This document shows, one piece after another, positions 38,690 to 51,942 of a stretch of DNA of 64,000 nt. This DNA is from Laetmonice hystrix (Eukaryota): contig OZ249436.1 in assembly GCA_965235115.1 (NCBI GenBank), forward strand, positions 48,858,001 through 48,922,000, read 5' to 3'. Position numbers and translations under genes: made by a program. The notes below the pieces were generated by a model. That model ran no database searches. It was not told the origin of the DNA and saw only the letters and a list, made by a program, of their open reading frames with translations. How positions within the stretch are numbered: the first letter of the stretch is position 1; each line of letters starts with the position of its first letter.

Positions 38690-39661
38690 TCACTCGGGTG
38701 CAGAAGACTGCTTGAAGAACCCCTTTTCCGTCCGACTCTCTAGGAAAGTGACGGTGACAAAGTTACATGTGACGTCAGTAACTAACACCTGGCCGCTCAG
38801 AGTCCGGGGCAACCAACGCTTCTTTGGCGGCACGTGCGACCACCTGGCCTCCGTCGGCGTCGCCCCGCACGTCGGCGAGGCTGACTCGGGCAACTGGTTC
38901 TCCGATTCGAAATCGCTGTCTCCGTCACTGTGGTGCCGGAGTCGGCTAATTCCATTGTCACTGTGGGGGGAGGAGGGAATCGGACCTAAATCCGCGCCCG
39001 CCGGCGCTTCGCCACCCGCGAGCGGGGTCGGTTCGTTGATCTGCTCGCCCCCGCTACAGCCACCAACGTTAACCCCATTGTTGTATACACCAACTGCTTT
39101 GTTATGGTAGACGCCGTATTCACCGACATCGTTATTGTTCTTCTCGGTGGCGTGCACCACGCGCCCTGTAAGACACGTGTGGTCGCTGACGACAGTTTGT
39201 AAGCGCTTCACGCCCGCAGACACCGAGAGAGGCTCATCGTCCGAACTACTATTGTCATAATGCACTCCCTTCAAATTTTCCCGCTTGTTCGCTTTAGCAG
39301 ACGACTTTCTGCGCACCACGTGGCTGCCGACGCCATGCTGGCGGCGTTGGCGGGGATGCGGCAGCTGTTTCCCGGTGAATTTATTATGATCATCACTTGC
39401 CGCAGTGGGGCTGTCGATCGATAGCTCGCTGCTGCTGGTACTATCTGCGCTGCTCACACTGTCACATCGTTTGCCCGGGCGTCTCCCCCTTCTCGACCCA
39501 TCCACGGACACTGTCCGCCCGACTAGTTCCCGCTGTGGTCGGTAGGGGCGGGCAGGCTGCGAGTTACTCCGTTTCAATTTGCGCCTGATGGTTGGTGTTT
39601 CACATTCGTTCTCGTCATCGCCTCCCGAATCGTAGTAATCCAAATTTCCGTCGTAGTAGTC
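38690..39661 (-). CDS. CBX: CBX exon 5 (disordered linker plus Pc box)
   Basis: CCTTAG acceptor in frame with the 317-aa ORF, which ends in the Pc box. Minus-strand AATAAA at 38600-38605. Confidence 0.9.
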   Translation of the reverse strand, partial: DYYDGNLDYYDSGGDDENECETPTIRRKLKRSNSQPARPYRPQRELVGRTVSVDGSRRGRRPGKRCDSVSSADSTSSSELSIDSPTAASDDHNKFTGKQLPHPRQRRQHGVGSHVVRRKSSAKANKRENLKGVHYDNSSSDDEPLSVSAGVKRLQTVVSDHTCLTGRVVHATEKNNNDVGEYGVYHNKAVGVYNNGVNVGGCSGGEQINEPTPLAGGEAPAGADLGPIPSSPHSDNGISRLRHHSDGDSDFESENQLPESASPTCGATPTEARWSHVPPKKRWLPRTLSGQVLVTDVTCNFVTVTFLESRTEKGFFKQSSAPE

Positions 39662-42347
39662 CTAAGGATGCAATTCAACATGACATGTTAGATGTACAAA
39701 GGATCAATTCATATGGATCACCTCACTTGAGAGAGAGGGGGAGAGGAAAGACTACTTTGACGATAAAGTAAAGGGCAATATTGTTTCAACTTTAAACCAA
39801 AAATGACGTAAAACAGATAAAATTGTCTAAATGGGCAAAAACTCAATTTTACGAGCTTTCCCCAAACTATACATTCTAACACTATATTTCACGCCTTAAG
39901 TGCCTATTGCATCATATCCTTGACTTCAAAGAGACAGCCCATGTATTTCCACGAATGTCGCAAGAGTTCCACCGTTACAAATCGATATGACTCATCGTTA
40001 TTGTTTCACATCCCGCTGATAGGTGGCGCCGATAGCCAGTTCCGTAGGCAGTAAGTGGCGTAAACAACGCCATGTGGCCACCACACTCACACAGAGTCTA
40101 ATGAAATTATCGCCTAGACATTAAAATATCGTCTGTTGGCGGCCAATGACTGAGGCGGGCTGTACGGGTTTATATGGGACAACATATTCGTGTGCGTGTC
40201 GTACCAGCATGCCTGGGGCGACATCTGGCGGCATGCAAATAGGAGTCTATTTGACATCAATGAAAGGCTAACTATTCTAAACATTGCTGACTCAATCACC
40301 TCATGAAGATGGAGGTGGTGATATACTTGACCAAATTTACACATCCAACTGAAGAAATAACTATGTAACATGCGTAAACATAATCATAGTTCTCACCTGT
40401 ACGGTCTTTCTCCTCTTTGGTTTTGGTCCTCTTCGATTACAGTGTATAGCCTTGTAAGCCACCCTGCAATGACACGTGATATAAGCATGCGGTTAGCCAT
40501 GCATGATAAAAGTACGGCCTAAATTATATGCAGAAAGTCTACACAGAAATGAGATACGAACTTGACTGGAGAAATTCCCCGCGGCAAGAATCGCTGTCAG
40601 CCCTTACGATGTCACTGTCTACAGCGTACACATACTGTATGCATAAATTTACTGCAGTTTATATTTACACACGACACGTCGTGGATGTCGAAATAATGGT
40701 ACATGTATCGAGGTGGCCACATAGTCCTCATTGTAGTCAAATATACAATTTCTGTGGGGTTATATTGGAAAAATGCTTTCAACCACTTGCCGTTTTAATT
40801 TTGAAGTCAATCTTACAACACTGAGTAAACCTAAGCACGGGTGTGTATTGGAGAAACACGCTCCATTTTGAAACATTTTTTATTAATTTATCTGACATGC
40901 ACACGTCACTTTAGCAGATGGGGGGGGGGGGGGGGTGGGGAGACCCAGGATCATGAGCTGGCTATATTTAGTCGGAAAGGTCAGTCTCATGCCATCCACA
41001 GTGCTGGTTTTGTAGCACATATTATTAGATAAGCCACTTGTTTTGACCCGTTTTCAGGTTGTTTGTGTCAGCCAGTATTATTTTCCTACACAACATTTTG
41101 CTACCTCTATGCTTGACCTGTTATCTTCACTTAAATGGGCTTGTTAGTCAGCGTTGGTGTCGGCTGTCCCAGATTAGCGTCGGAGCAATGAAATATAGGC
41201 CTATTATTATCCGACCGTGTGTCGTGCCAACAACAGCCTTCCGACCCAAACTGCCTTTTTCTACGTGTTTGGGCAAACATGACAACTGGCTCACGCTACC
41301 AGGTAAATTAAAAGTAAAGCTACGATTTGTTACGATGGAACCACCTCGAAACACGCGGGCGCACATAATGAAATCGACGAGTACTTCACAGCGTATTTTG
41401 CAACGCAGAGCCAACGTGGTCGGCGTTGCGCAGCCACAACGTAAACAAACAGAGGCTCCCCCAAGCGAGACGCCGGTCAACCAAAGTGTACGGCTCACCA
41501 TAACACATGACCATAACAAATCCTTCTGACAGCCGGCTCATTCCCTGCCCGAACTTTCACATTGCACCATTCTATCTTTGGAAAAATGTAGGCCTATCAC
41601 GATAGCAAGGATATGTGACTATAATAAACAGGTTTCACACGTTGCCAATTGTAGGCCTATAACATGACACAGTGCATCATCTAAGTCAGCGGCATTCACC
41701 GGGAACCTAACCATTGTAACCGCCCCTCCCCTCAATCCAACTTTACTATATTCATCACCTGGGTGACATTCGTGATTGAAAAAGGCTCGGTATTATATAA
41801 TTAGTGTTAAATAGACGCTCCTACCTGTCATCATACGACTCGATCAGCTTGGGGTCTAGAATGTTCTCCTCTGGTTCCCAAGTGTTGTGCCTGCAGAACA
41901 TGAAATATCGACGTCATTCATGCACATTACCGAAACCGCGAAAGGCCGGTACTCTCCCCGAATGTCACTTCGAGAAGAGATGGGGGAAATCGGGAACAAG
42001 TTACCCCGAAGGACTAGAAAGAATGATAGCATTTGGGGCAGTGATAAATCGACTGCAAGTCCTCCAGAAATAATGTTAGGGCCTACATGCACATGTCGAC
42101 TGGCAGTTGGACAGTTATAGCTACTCACTTGTTTCCCCAGCCCTTCCACTTGACAAGGTACTCCGGCTTTCCCTGGAGAAAACAAACAGCGAACATCAGT
42201 TGCAAAAACGGTTTCTTGCGGTTGTCATTCTCCATAAAATACATGAATCGATTGAGAAATCATAAAGGCATATGTCGACAACAATCATACCTTCCTTATC
42301 CTCTTCTTTATGATGTATTCCGCGGTAAATATTTGGGATGGATCCAT
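38690..42347 (-). CDS. CBX: Polycomb-family chromobox protein (Pc/CBX2-4-6-7-8-like), 5 exons, 401 aa: complement(join(38690..39661,40397..40463,41825..41890,42129..42172,42291..42347))
   Basis: Chromodomain IFTAEYIIKKRIRK|GKPEYLVKWKGWGNK|HNTWEPEENILDPKLI, AT-hook-like RRGPKPK, and C-terminal Pc box VLVTDVTCNFVTVTFLESRTEKGFFK. GT-AG introns with consistent phases (1206 nt). The specific paralog cannot be assigned. Confidence 0.92.
40397..40463 (-). CDS. CBX: CBX exon 4 (VAYKAIHCNRRGPKPKRRKTVQ)
   Basis: TTGCAG acceptor, GTGAGA donor, RGPKPK motif typical of Pc proteins, phases fit. Confidence 0.85.
41825..41890 (-). CDS. CBX: CBX exon 3 (HNTWEPEENILDPKLIESYDD)
   Basis: CTGCAG acceptor, GTAGGA donor, TWEPEENILD signature. 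Confidence 0.92.
42129..42172 (-). CDS. CBX: CBX exon 2 (GKPEYLVKWKGWGN)
   Basis: CTCCAG acceptor, GTGAGT donor, aromatic-cage tryptophans. Confidence 0.92.
42291..42347 (-). CDS. CBX: CBX exon 1 (MDPSQIFTAEYIIKKRIRK)
   Basis: AACATGG start, chromodomain first strand, AAG|GTATGA donor. Confidence 0.85.
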
Positions 42348-42955
42348 GTTTTAAATCCAATGCGTAGTAAGCTTCGTATGGCCGCCCCGAGTGGCTGCGA
42401 GTCGGTACCGGCGCTCAATACAGTGTGAGGCAGCGACGGAGCGAATGTCCTACAGCATAACACAGCCACGGGCGGTGACGTCACTGCTGCGTAGTAGCCA
42501 GGTTTTACAAGTGGGTCCATACACCGGCTCGATTTAACAACAGCGTCAGTCGTATTAAACACAATTGTCCGTATGTGACAGCCGTATTTATCCCTTACAC
42601 TACCCTTCCTCGGCATATAGAAGACGTTATCTTGTCCCGTTGAACATCCATACAGATGATGACAGGGGGAACTCGGCACGCTTTATAACCCAGGAGAACG
42701 GGTGCAAAAAAGTAGGACACGAGGTCCACGACGCCAGCGAATCAAAGCGGGCCTTACAGAAGGTGAGCGGACGGGGGGTGCAGGGCTCTCCCAAAGCTGA
42801 CACCTTATTGGTTCCGACCACGCCTTGTCCATTTGCCCGTATCAACGTCAACACGACCCCCTCCCTCAGCGCTATATTTAGAACGCAGTTTCTGCGTTAT
42901 GGGCCAAGTCAGCGGAATCGTCAGCTTTTATTTGTTGACGTGATTAATAGGGGTG

Positions 42956-43132
42956 TAGGGGCGGGTTCTGGATTTTGGTAAAGGGGGGTGGGGGTGGGGG
43001 TGGGGTTAGGGGAAGAATTTGCAGGGGGGGGGGTCAGCATCTTCAATTCAGAAAGTTCTATGGGGAAAAATACAAATTGGTTGCCAAGGGCCTTAGGGGG
43101 GTTAACCTCCTAACCCCCGGGATCCGCCACTG
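42956..43132. mobile_element. CAGTGGCGGATCC-type poly-G MITE; related ends near 17277, 28206, 31470, 34631
   Basis: Right end GGATCCGCCACTG, degenerate left end TAGGGGCGGGTTC, poly-G interior. The motif recurs across the window. Confidence 0.5.
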
Positions 43133-43408
43133 GTGTAACTATAGGGCCTACATGTGAACCAAACATAGGCCTACCAAAAAATGTTCCTGCTGTCAAATAT
43201 ATAGACCTAGTGTATCCATCATTAGGCCTCTATAGGCATGCGTCCCGAACTTAATAACACCCACGCCCTCATAGCTGAGATTGAACCCCGCTATAACCAC
43301 GAGTCAGATTGGCACCATGTTTGTGCAGGGTTAAATTTCAAAAGATTGAAGTGTAACAAAGTGGCCTGTGATAAGGACCTGGTTTTGTCGCATGTTAGCG
43401 GAATCAGA

Positions 43409-43707
43409 GGCCGCCAACATACAAATTGCTGTGTTACATAATAATACCGCGGGAGAGATGAGATTCCGCATATAGGCCAACATACAAATTGCTGTGTAAA
43501 CTGTTACATAGACTTCTACTAGGCCTAGGCCTAATCCTATACCGGGAGAATTCCGCGTAGGCATACAAATTGCTGTGTTACATAATAACCCTATACCGGG
43601 AGCATTCCGCGTAGGCCGCCAACATACAAATTGCTGTGTTACATAATAATCCTATACCGGGAGAATTCCGCGTAGGCCGCCAACATACAAATTGCTGTGT
43701 TACATAA
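43409..43707. repeat. Imperfect tandem repeat of about 60 bp, 4-5 copies
   Basis: GGCCGCCAACATACAAATTGCTGTGTTACATAATAA..CCGGGAGAATTCCGCGTA. Confidence 0.85.
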
Positions 43708-45747
43708 CAATGGAGCTGATCACGACCCACGCTCATGGAGAGTGTCGCAAGGCCGGTTTGCGGTAACTGCGCAATAGACGCTCCGCGGGATCGCAGTCTG
43801 TGGACGTCGCTATGTGATTTGTCCTGCGCGCCTGGAATTCTGGAACATTCTTCACTCGTTAGGCCAATATGAGATAGACCCAAGATATCGGGCCGAAGGA
43901 CATATAGGATATACATATAGCCTATACGTAGGCCGCCTATATAGGCCTACACCCAATGAAGTCAGATTCTCGTCTGTGTAACGATAAAAAAGATGTCTTG
44001 AACCCGACTGACTTGGATCCTATATCCCTGGTTTATCAACTTTTAAACGCTCTGCATGGTGTGTGCCTTCTAATACTTGTGCATTAGGGTTAACTTTTGT
44101 TTCACGATATTTGCTAATTATTTCAGCCCTATATTTTTAAACTGTCACGGAAGAATTATTACCAATAAAGAAGTCTAAGTAGAACTTGCGACGAAAAATT
44201 CTTTAAGGAATTACTAACAGAAGTTTTTCAGGGTGACACTTGATGCTGATATTGGCTAACGATTGATTGGAGTAAAATCATACAAGGTGAAATAACCGCA
44301 ACGAACACAGTCATTAGGTATAATATATGTAAAACGATAGGTATATAGGCCCTATGTAAGAAGAAAAAGTATACGCACACGTATAGGCCTTAGCGGCCTA
44401 CGCACGTGGACGATACTCTCTTTTTTATAGAGTAACATGAATTATTCGTTTAAACACGTTGGGCCTAATTTTCCAGAGTTAAAACATACATTTTTACAGT
44501 CATTAAATGCGAATTCGTGGCTCACGATGGAACACTTCATGGGCGTGATTAAGATAGAAATAACAGGTATGTGGTTTTGATTTGTCACGCTCGAACCAGA
44601 GGTTTACTTAACATTGTGTATATACTTGGGGCTGTTTTTAGACCACCACAAATAATGCCATGTCAACCCCTCACGATCGCTGATCAAGACTTCATCCCAT
44701 GTCGGGTGATCAAGTGGTCGTATGCCCGGTCCCGCCATGTCGACGAGTGCTGGGTGCGTGAATTAGGGACGACCTGTTCGCATCCAGTCTTTCAGCGATC
44801 CTCAAGGTGAGAATAAAACTTATATAAGTCGTGATGGGGCTATAGTACCCTTGAGTCCCAGGGGCCTGGTAATGATTGAAAACGTCGGCACGAGGCACAA
44901 AGAAGGAAGCCACCAAACCGAAACCATAGGCCTGCCTCAAGGATGTAGGCCGACCTTAGAGACCGCTTATATATTTTGCGGTTTCCTTGTTAAACTTTGT
45001 ATAGGTGCCTCGTGCCGACGTGGGGGCACGATCATTAGGCCTTACCGTGCCCAAGGGTGTATATTACAGATCCCATGACTGAAAAAGATTTTAAAGTTTT
45101 GAGGCGAAATACGTTTTCTGGATCAGTGCTTATATATTATTATATGAGAAACAGATGAGAGCAAACTGATAGGAAGTTGATAACTTATATATGTTCGATC
45201 CCAATATTCTTTCTCCTTAACGTAACGTCTATGTTAACTTCGAATATAGGTTTTATGCCTGAACCTATAAGAGTTTCGGAGTAAAGATCATTATGTGATA
45301 GGTTGGCCTATAAATCTGTGTTTAGGTAACTACGACTATAAACACGTGCTGACACATTATGCCTCATGCAAAACTATACACTACAAATATTTCAAGATAA
45401 TCGAGCGAGATTATAGATGGTGATTCTCAATGTGACGTTATATAACGCGGATCTTGGCTTCGTGTGTTTTTATCTGATTCCCTGAGGTCTAAATTCCCGA
45501 AGAATTTGGGTAAAATCGGTGTAATGTTGTGAATTATGACACATTTTGTCTTAAAGTGCACGAGCCATTTTTGTTTATGTATATTTTCACCCAGTGTTGA
45601 CTTTGAAATTGTATAAAAAAAGACAAAAGTAAAAGCGGGAGCCTTTTTCTTATACTACGAAACCTTTCTTCTCGTAAATCCACGGCCTTTCTATTCCTGT
45701 ATATCGTCAATAGAGGATCGGAGTTAGAGAAGGGGATTGCGATTATG

Positions 45748-45790
45748 AAGAGAGAGAGAGAAATAGAGAGAGAAACAGAGAGAGAGAGAC

Positions 45791-45863
<73 letters not shown>

Positions 45864-45873
45864 AGAGAGAGAG
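45748..45873. repeat. (GA)n microsatellite
   Basis: Direct reading. Confidence 0.97.
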
Positions 45874-47241
45874 ACTTGGCCTATACAGAGCTTGTTTGTT
45901 TCGAAGTCCGGGTTCATGAACTCGGGTTCGAAGAATCCCGTAGCCAGGAGATCTTGCTCCTATCGAACCCTACACCTACAACGCTCCATGTAGATCGTCA
46001 ACAATTGAATATTGTCACCGACGCCGACAGGGCACCGACTGGCAGTCAGTCGTATCAGGTGTCTATTATTGCGAACGTTATCGCCTACAGCGTTCCAATC
46101 AGACCTGCATCACGTCGGCCCCGCCATGCATGACAAATGACATTAAAAAATGGCATATTTTTCTTCATATTCCGATATCTGTTGTCGCTTGTTGCTTCTT
46201 CTTGACATATTTTCTAGGTCATTCACGATGTCCAGGACATTTTTCCGTCTGTTTGTATAATCATTCTATCATAGTAAAACTGGTGAAGCTGAAATTGGTG
46301 ACCAGCCAAAGTTGACATAATACGATTATCCTAGAATATCTACGCATTCAGACAGTATACGACATTATACCTAATTGGGTATATTTTATATACTTACTGC
46401 GTTACAATACGTTTTAATTCGCAGCTCAACAAGTTATCGTCCTTAATTACACATTTGGGCCTATAATAATATTATAGGCTAGATATAATATCCTGTCCTG
46501 TTGATGTATATTAGACCGAGTTCTGAGTACAGACATGGGGATGGTGCAATACCGGATGATTATCTCAAAATGTTTTACCACATTCGTATAGTCTGCCACA
46601 GGTGGTAGGGCAGGATTGGGGAGGGGGGGGGGGGCTGTAGTATACAAAGTTCTAATGCTGACGTATTGCAGTAATCATGTAGCGAAATGTTATTCCGTTC
46701 TACACAATTAATGTTTAACTTCTGACCACACACGCTCCTCGTGTTCCATTTGGGTTCTCCGAAATCATGATACAGTAGGTCGAACTGTTGGTCTCAGCCA
46801 TGTGCTGTTTACGTATATTGAATCCTGTCTAATTGGTCCGTTTATTATTATTATGGTGAAGGAGCGATAGTTTGGGGCCCTTCAAACATCTACACCCCAT
46901 CGAAATGGGAAGATTATAGTGGTTAAAGTTAGTGTCCCATCAGTTGACGATCAGTTGACGATGAGATAACTATATTATATAGTAGGTATATATATATATA
47001 TATCATGCTGACAAAGCAAGATCTCTAACCCCCACGATTGGTTATTTACTCTATAGGTCTATACGGACTTGGATATATTGACAGGACAATGACTTAGTGT
47101 AATTTGGCCTACATACAGAATGCATTGGTCATCGATTACAGGCCAGGTTTATCAGGCGTACCTCGTGTTTTCAGGGTTGACGTCAGTGTTGGAGGGGCGG
47201 GTTGTTCACGGATCAGGCTTTTGTTATATATATACAACTAT

Positions 47242-50240
47242 ATATAGCCACCTTGACATTGGTATATAGCAACGACTTATAAACGTCGTGCAGGGACAGA
47301 ACCAGTATAGCCACCTTGACATTGGTATATAGCAACGACTTATAAACGTCGTGCAGTATAGCCACCTTGACATTGGTATATAGCAACGACTTATAAACGT
47401 CGTGCAGTATAGCCACCTTGACATTGGTATATAGCAACGACTTATAAACGTCGTGCAGGGACAGAACCAGTATAGCCACCTTGACATTGGTATATAGCAA
47501 CGACTTATAAACGTCGTGCAGGGACAGAACCAGTATAGCCACCTTGACATTGGTATATAGCAACGACTTATAAACGTCGTGCAGGGACTGAACCAGTATA
47601 GCCACCTTGACATTGGTATATAACGACTTATAAACGTCGTGCAGGGACAGAACCAGTATAGCCACCTTGACATTGGTATATAGCAACGACTTATAAACGT
47701 CGTGCAGGGACAGAACCAGTATAGCCACCTTGACATTGGTATATAGCAACGACTTATAAACGTCGGGCAGGGACAGAACCAGTATAGCCACCTTGACATT
47801 GGTATATAGCGATGACTAATAAACGTCGTGCAGGGACAGAACCAGTATAGCCACCTTGACATTGGTATATAGCAACGACTTATAAACGTCGTGCAGGGAC
47901 AGAACCAGTATAGCCACCTTGACATTGGTATATAGCAACGACTTATAAACGTCGTGCAGGGACTGAACCAGTATAGCCACCTTGACATTGGTATAAAGCA
48001 ACGACTTATAAACGTCGTGCAGGGACGGAACCAGTATAGCCACCTTGACATTGGTATATAGCAACGACTTATAAACGTCGGGCAGGGACAGAACCAGTAT
48101 AGCCACCTTGACATTGGTATATAGCAACGACTTATAAACGTCGTGCAGGGACAGAACCAGTATAGCCACCTTGACATTGGTATATAACGACTTATAAACG
48201 TCGTGCAGGGACAGAACCAGTATAGCCACCTTGACATTGGTATACAGCAACGACTTATAAACGTTGGGCAGGGACAGAACCAGTATAGCGCACCTTGACA
48301 TTGGTATATAACGACTTATAAACGTCGTGCAGGGACAGAACCAGTATAGCCACATTGACATTGGTATATAGCAACGACTTATAAACGTCGTGCAGGGACA
48401 GAACCAGTATAGCCATCTTGACATTGGTATATAGGAACGACTTATAAACGTCGTGCAGGGACAGAACCAGTATAGCCACCTTGACATTGGTATATAGCAA
48501 CGACTTATAAACGTCGTGCAGGGACAGAACCAGTATAGCCATCTTGACATTGGTATATAGGAACGACTTATAAACGTCGTGCAGGGACAGAACCAGTATA
48601 GCCATCTTGACATTGGTATATAACGACTTATAAACGCCGTGCAGGGACTGAACCAGTATAGCCATCTTGACATTGGTATATAGCAACGACTTATAAACGT
48701 CGTGCAGGGACAGAACCAGTATAGCCATCTTGACATTGGTATATAGGAACGACTTATAAACGTCGTGCAGGGACAGAACCAGTATAGCCATCTTGACATT
48801 GGTATATAACGACTTATAAACGTCGTGCAGGGACTGAACCAGTATAGCCATCTTGACATTGGTATATAGCAACGACTTATAAACGTCGTGCAGGGACAGA
48901 ACCAGTATAGCCATCTTGACATTGGTATATAACGACTTATAAACGTCGTGCAGGGACAGAACCAGTATAGCCACATTGACATTGGTATATAGCAACGACT
49001 TTTAAACGTCGGGCAGGGACAGAACCAGTATAGCCACATTGACATTGGTATATAGCAACGACTTATAAACGTCGTGCAGGGACTGAACCAGTATAGCCAC
49101 CTTGACATTGGTATATAGCAACGACTTATAAACGTCGTGCAGGGACAGAACCAGTATAGCCACCTTGACATTGGTATATAGCAACGACTTATAAACGTCG
49201 TGCAGGGACTGAACCAGTATAGCCACCTTGACATTGGTATATAGCAACGACTTATAAACGTCGTGCAGGGACTGAACCAGTATAGCCACCTTGACATTGG
49301 TATATAGCAACGACTTATAAACGTCGGGCAGGGACAGAACCAGTATAGCGCACCTTGACATTGGTATATAGCAACGACTTATAAACGTCGTGCAGGGACA
49401 GAACCAGTATAGCGCACCTTGACATTGGTATATAGCAACGACTTATAAACGTCGTGCAGGGACAGAACCAGTATAGCGCACCTTGACATTGGTATATAGC
49501 AACGACTTATAAACGTCGTGCAGGGACAGAACCAGTATAGCGCACCTTGACATTGGTATATAGCAACGACTTATAAACGTCGTGCAGGGACAGAACCAGT
49601 ATAGCCACCTTGACATTGGTATATAGCAACGACTTATAAACGTCGTGCAGGGACAGAACCAGTATAGCCACCTTGACATTGGTATATAGCAACGACTTAT
49701 AAACGTCGTGCAGGGACAGAACCAGTATAGCCACATTGACATTGGTATATAGCAACGACTTATAAACGTCGTGCAGGGACAGAACCAGTATAGCCACATT
49801 GACATTGGTATATAGCAACGACTTATAAACGTCGTGCAGGGACAGAACCAGTATAGCGCACCTTGACATTGGTATATAGCAACGACTTATAAACGTCGTG
49901 CAGGGACAGAACCAGTATAGCCACCTTGACATTGGTATATAGCAACGACTTATAAACGTCGTGCAGGGACAGAACCATGTATAGCCACCTTGACATTGGT
50001 ATATAGCAACGACTTATAAACGTCGTGCAGGGACAGAACCAGTATAGCCACCTTGACATTGGTATATAGCAACGACTTATAAACGTCGTGCAGGGACAGA
50101 ACCATGTATAGCCACCTTGACATTGGTATATAGCAACGACTTATAAACGTCGTGCAGGGACTGAACCAGTATAGCCACCTTGACATTGGTATATAGCAAC
50201 TATACTTATAGGCCTATAAACGTCGTGCAGGGGCAGAACC
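47242..50240. repeat. 63-bp minisatellite, 3 kb
   Basis: TATAGCCACCTTGACATTGGTATATAGCAACGACTTATAAACGTCGTGCAGGGACAGAACCAG, with shorter and longer indel variants. Confidence 0.97.
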
Positions 50241-50540
50241 ATGCAGAACGGTTGGTTTCTCTAGAGCTTCAACCAAATTTCAATGCACAAGCCCCCCCCC
50301 CCCCCCCATATTGGAGGCCTAAAGTTCCTGTTGGCTGTCCGTTTTTTGTTGTCGGCTTTCCTTGCTGAAACGCCTTCCTTTCAAAAACTGGTTCCGTCCC
50401 TGTCGTGGAGGCCCACTCAGTATAGGGATGACTTCTAACACCGAATCATCCTCGGCAATTACTGTCATCAGCGGCTCCATTTATGTATTTCAGCCACTTC
50501 CAATGAAACACCATTGTGTAAAACTTAAAGCAGTCACCGA

Positions 50541-50762
50541 TTATCTCTCATTTCTATGACTCCAAAATGCAGACATGGGCTGTTAGGTTAGATAAGGCCT
50601 TAGTTAGACTATAAATCAATAAATGTTTATCCACAGAAATGGAGAAATGTACCTAATGTAACATTCCAGTTGCCTGTTGTCGCCAGGAAGCGAACGTCTC
50701 ATGGCTGGTTGTTAATAAGGCATTGATTTGGACAGCCAATGAAATTCATCGGGCGATGAACC
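50541..50762 (+). repeat. Dispersed repeat of about 220 bp, copy B
   Basis: Diverged direct copy of 31124-31346. Confidence 0.85.
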
Positions 50763-51909
50763 GGTGACAAACTGGTGACGTCACGGTCATTACTTCAGTA
50801 AACATGCAGGCCTTCATGGGTGCAGGCCGAGAGTTTTCGCCCTGTTCATACCCCAATAAACATGGCACCACATCCACCGGGCGCTGCACCACCAATTACT
50901 GCAGACCTAATTACCCTGTGAAAGTATTCCCTGACTGACCGAGGTACCAAGTCACACCTGGCGTTCTCAGACCAGGCCTCCTTTCTACGGACCGCAGTCA
51001 GTCAACGACGCGGGAATTATCGGCATTCAACAAGACAAAAGCGCCTCGTGCTATATTGTCATCACCTCAACTGTTGACTAGCCCGTCGCACGACTAACTG
51101 CAGTGATCGTCCTGGTCATGCAGGATGCGCAGCCAAAAGGCTGCTGTCCTATATTAAACAGCAGCCAGCCTGATACACGCAGGTGTGAATGTCCTGATGT
51201 CTGTGCGGCTGTCGGTGTCGCTGATGATGCCAGGAAAGTTCACAGACGAGCAAATGCGGAGGACAATGAGCCTTGAACAAATTAAAACAAAATCGCTAAC
51301 AAAAAAAGGACAAATTTCTTTAATTGCACAGAAACTGATGTATTAGGCTTACGGGGGGGGGGAGGGGTACTTGTATAGATTCTAATACAATAGAAAATAT
51401 GAAATGCACTCTGGAAACTGCAAACAGATCAACAAATAAAACTAAAACAAAACAAACACCCCCCCCCAATGTTAACAATACCAACAAAAGCCATATAGGG
51501 CCTTAGCCAAAGTGTATTCGAACTGAAAATGACTGGTTATGCCTATATAGGACGGCTTCATCTTAGGCCTAAGCCTAGAGGATTGTCTTGAACGAAACTG
51601 TAGTGTAAGGGCGGGAAAAAGCAGCTCCGTGGATATGTCACTTCATATTTGATACCGCATTGGTACCGTGCAATTTGACTTGAGGTTTGGAACGAATCGT
51701 GACGTGATGAGATTGGGAGCGCGACGTCATGATCACAACAACCCGGATGTGTAGGCCTAACCGTCTATATTTAATAGGCTATATAGATTTAGACTTTATT
51801 CTGGATTCCCACTCAACGACAAGACTTCCTTTTCGTAAAATCTGAACACAAATAAAAACGGCCGTTTTGGCATTGATCGCGGACATCCTACTTCCTGACC
51901 TAGGGCCTA

Positions 51910-51942
51910 TAGATCTAGATCTAGATCTAGATCTAGATCTAT
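51910..51942. repeat. (AGATCT)n palindromic hexamer run
   Basis: TAGATCTAGATCTAGATCTAGATCTAGATCTA. Confidence 0.9.

Noticed and set aside
45534..45993. RE- and SL-repeat ORFs
   Set aside because: Products of the (GA)n microsatellite.
47213..50186. Long Cys/Trp/Tyr-rich minus-strand ORFs
   Set aside because: Translations of the 63-bp array with frequent frame-breaking indels.
50985..51081. Peptide NDAGIIGIQQDKSASCYIV, faintly BRICHOS-like
   Set aside because: Too short, followed by an in-frame stop, and no supporting exons.
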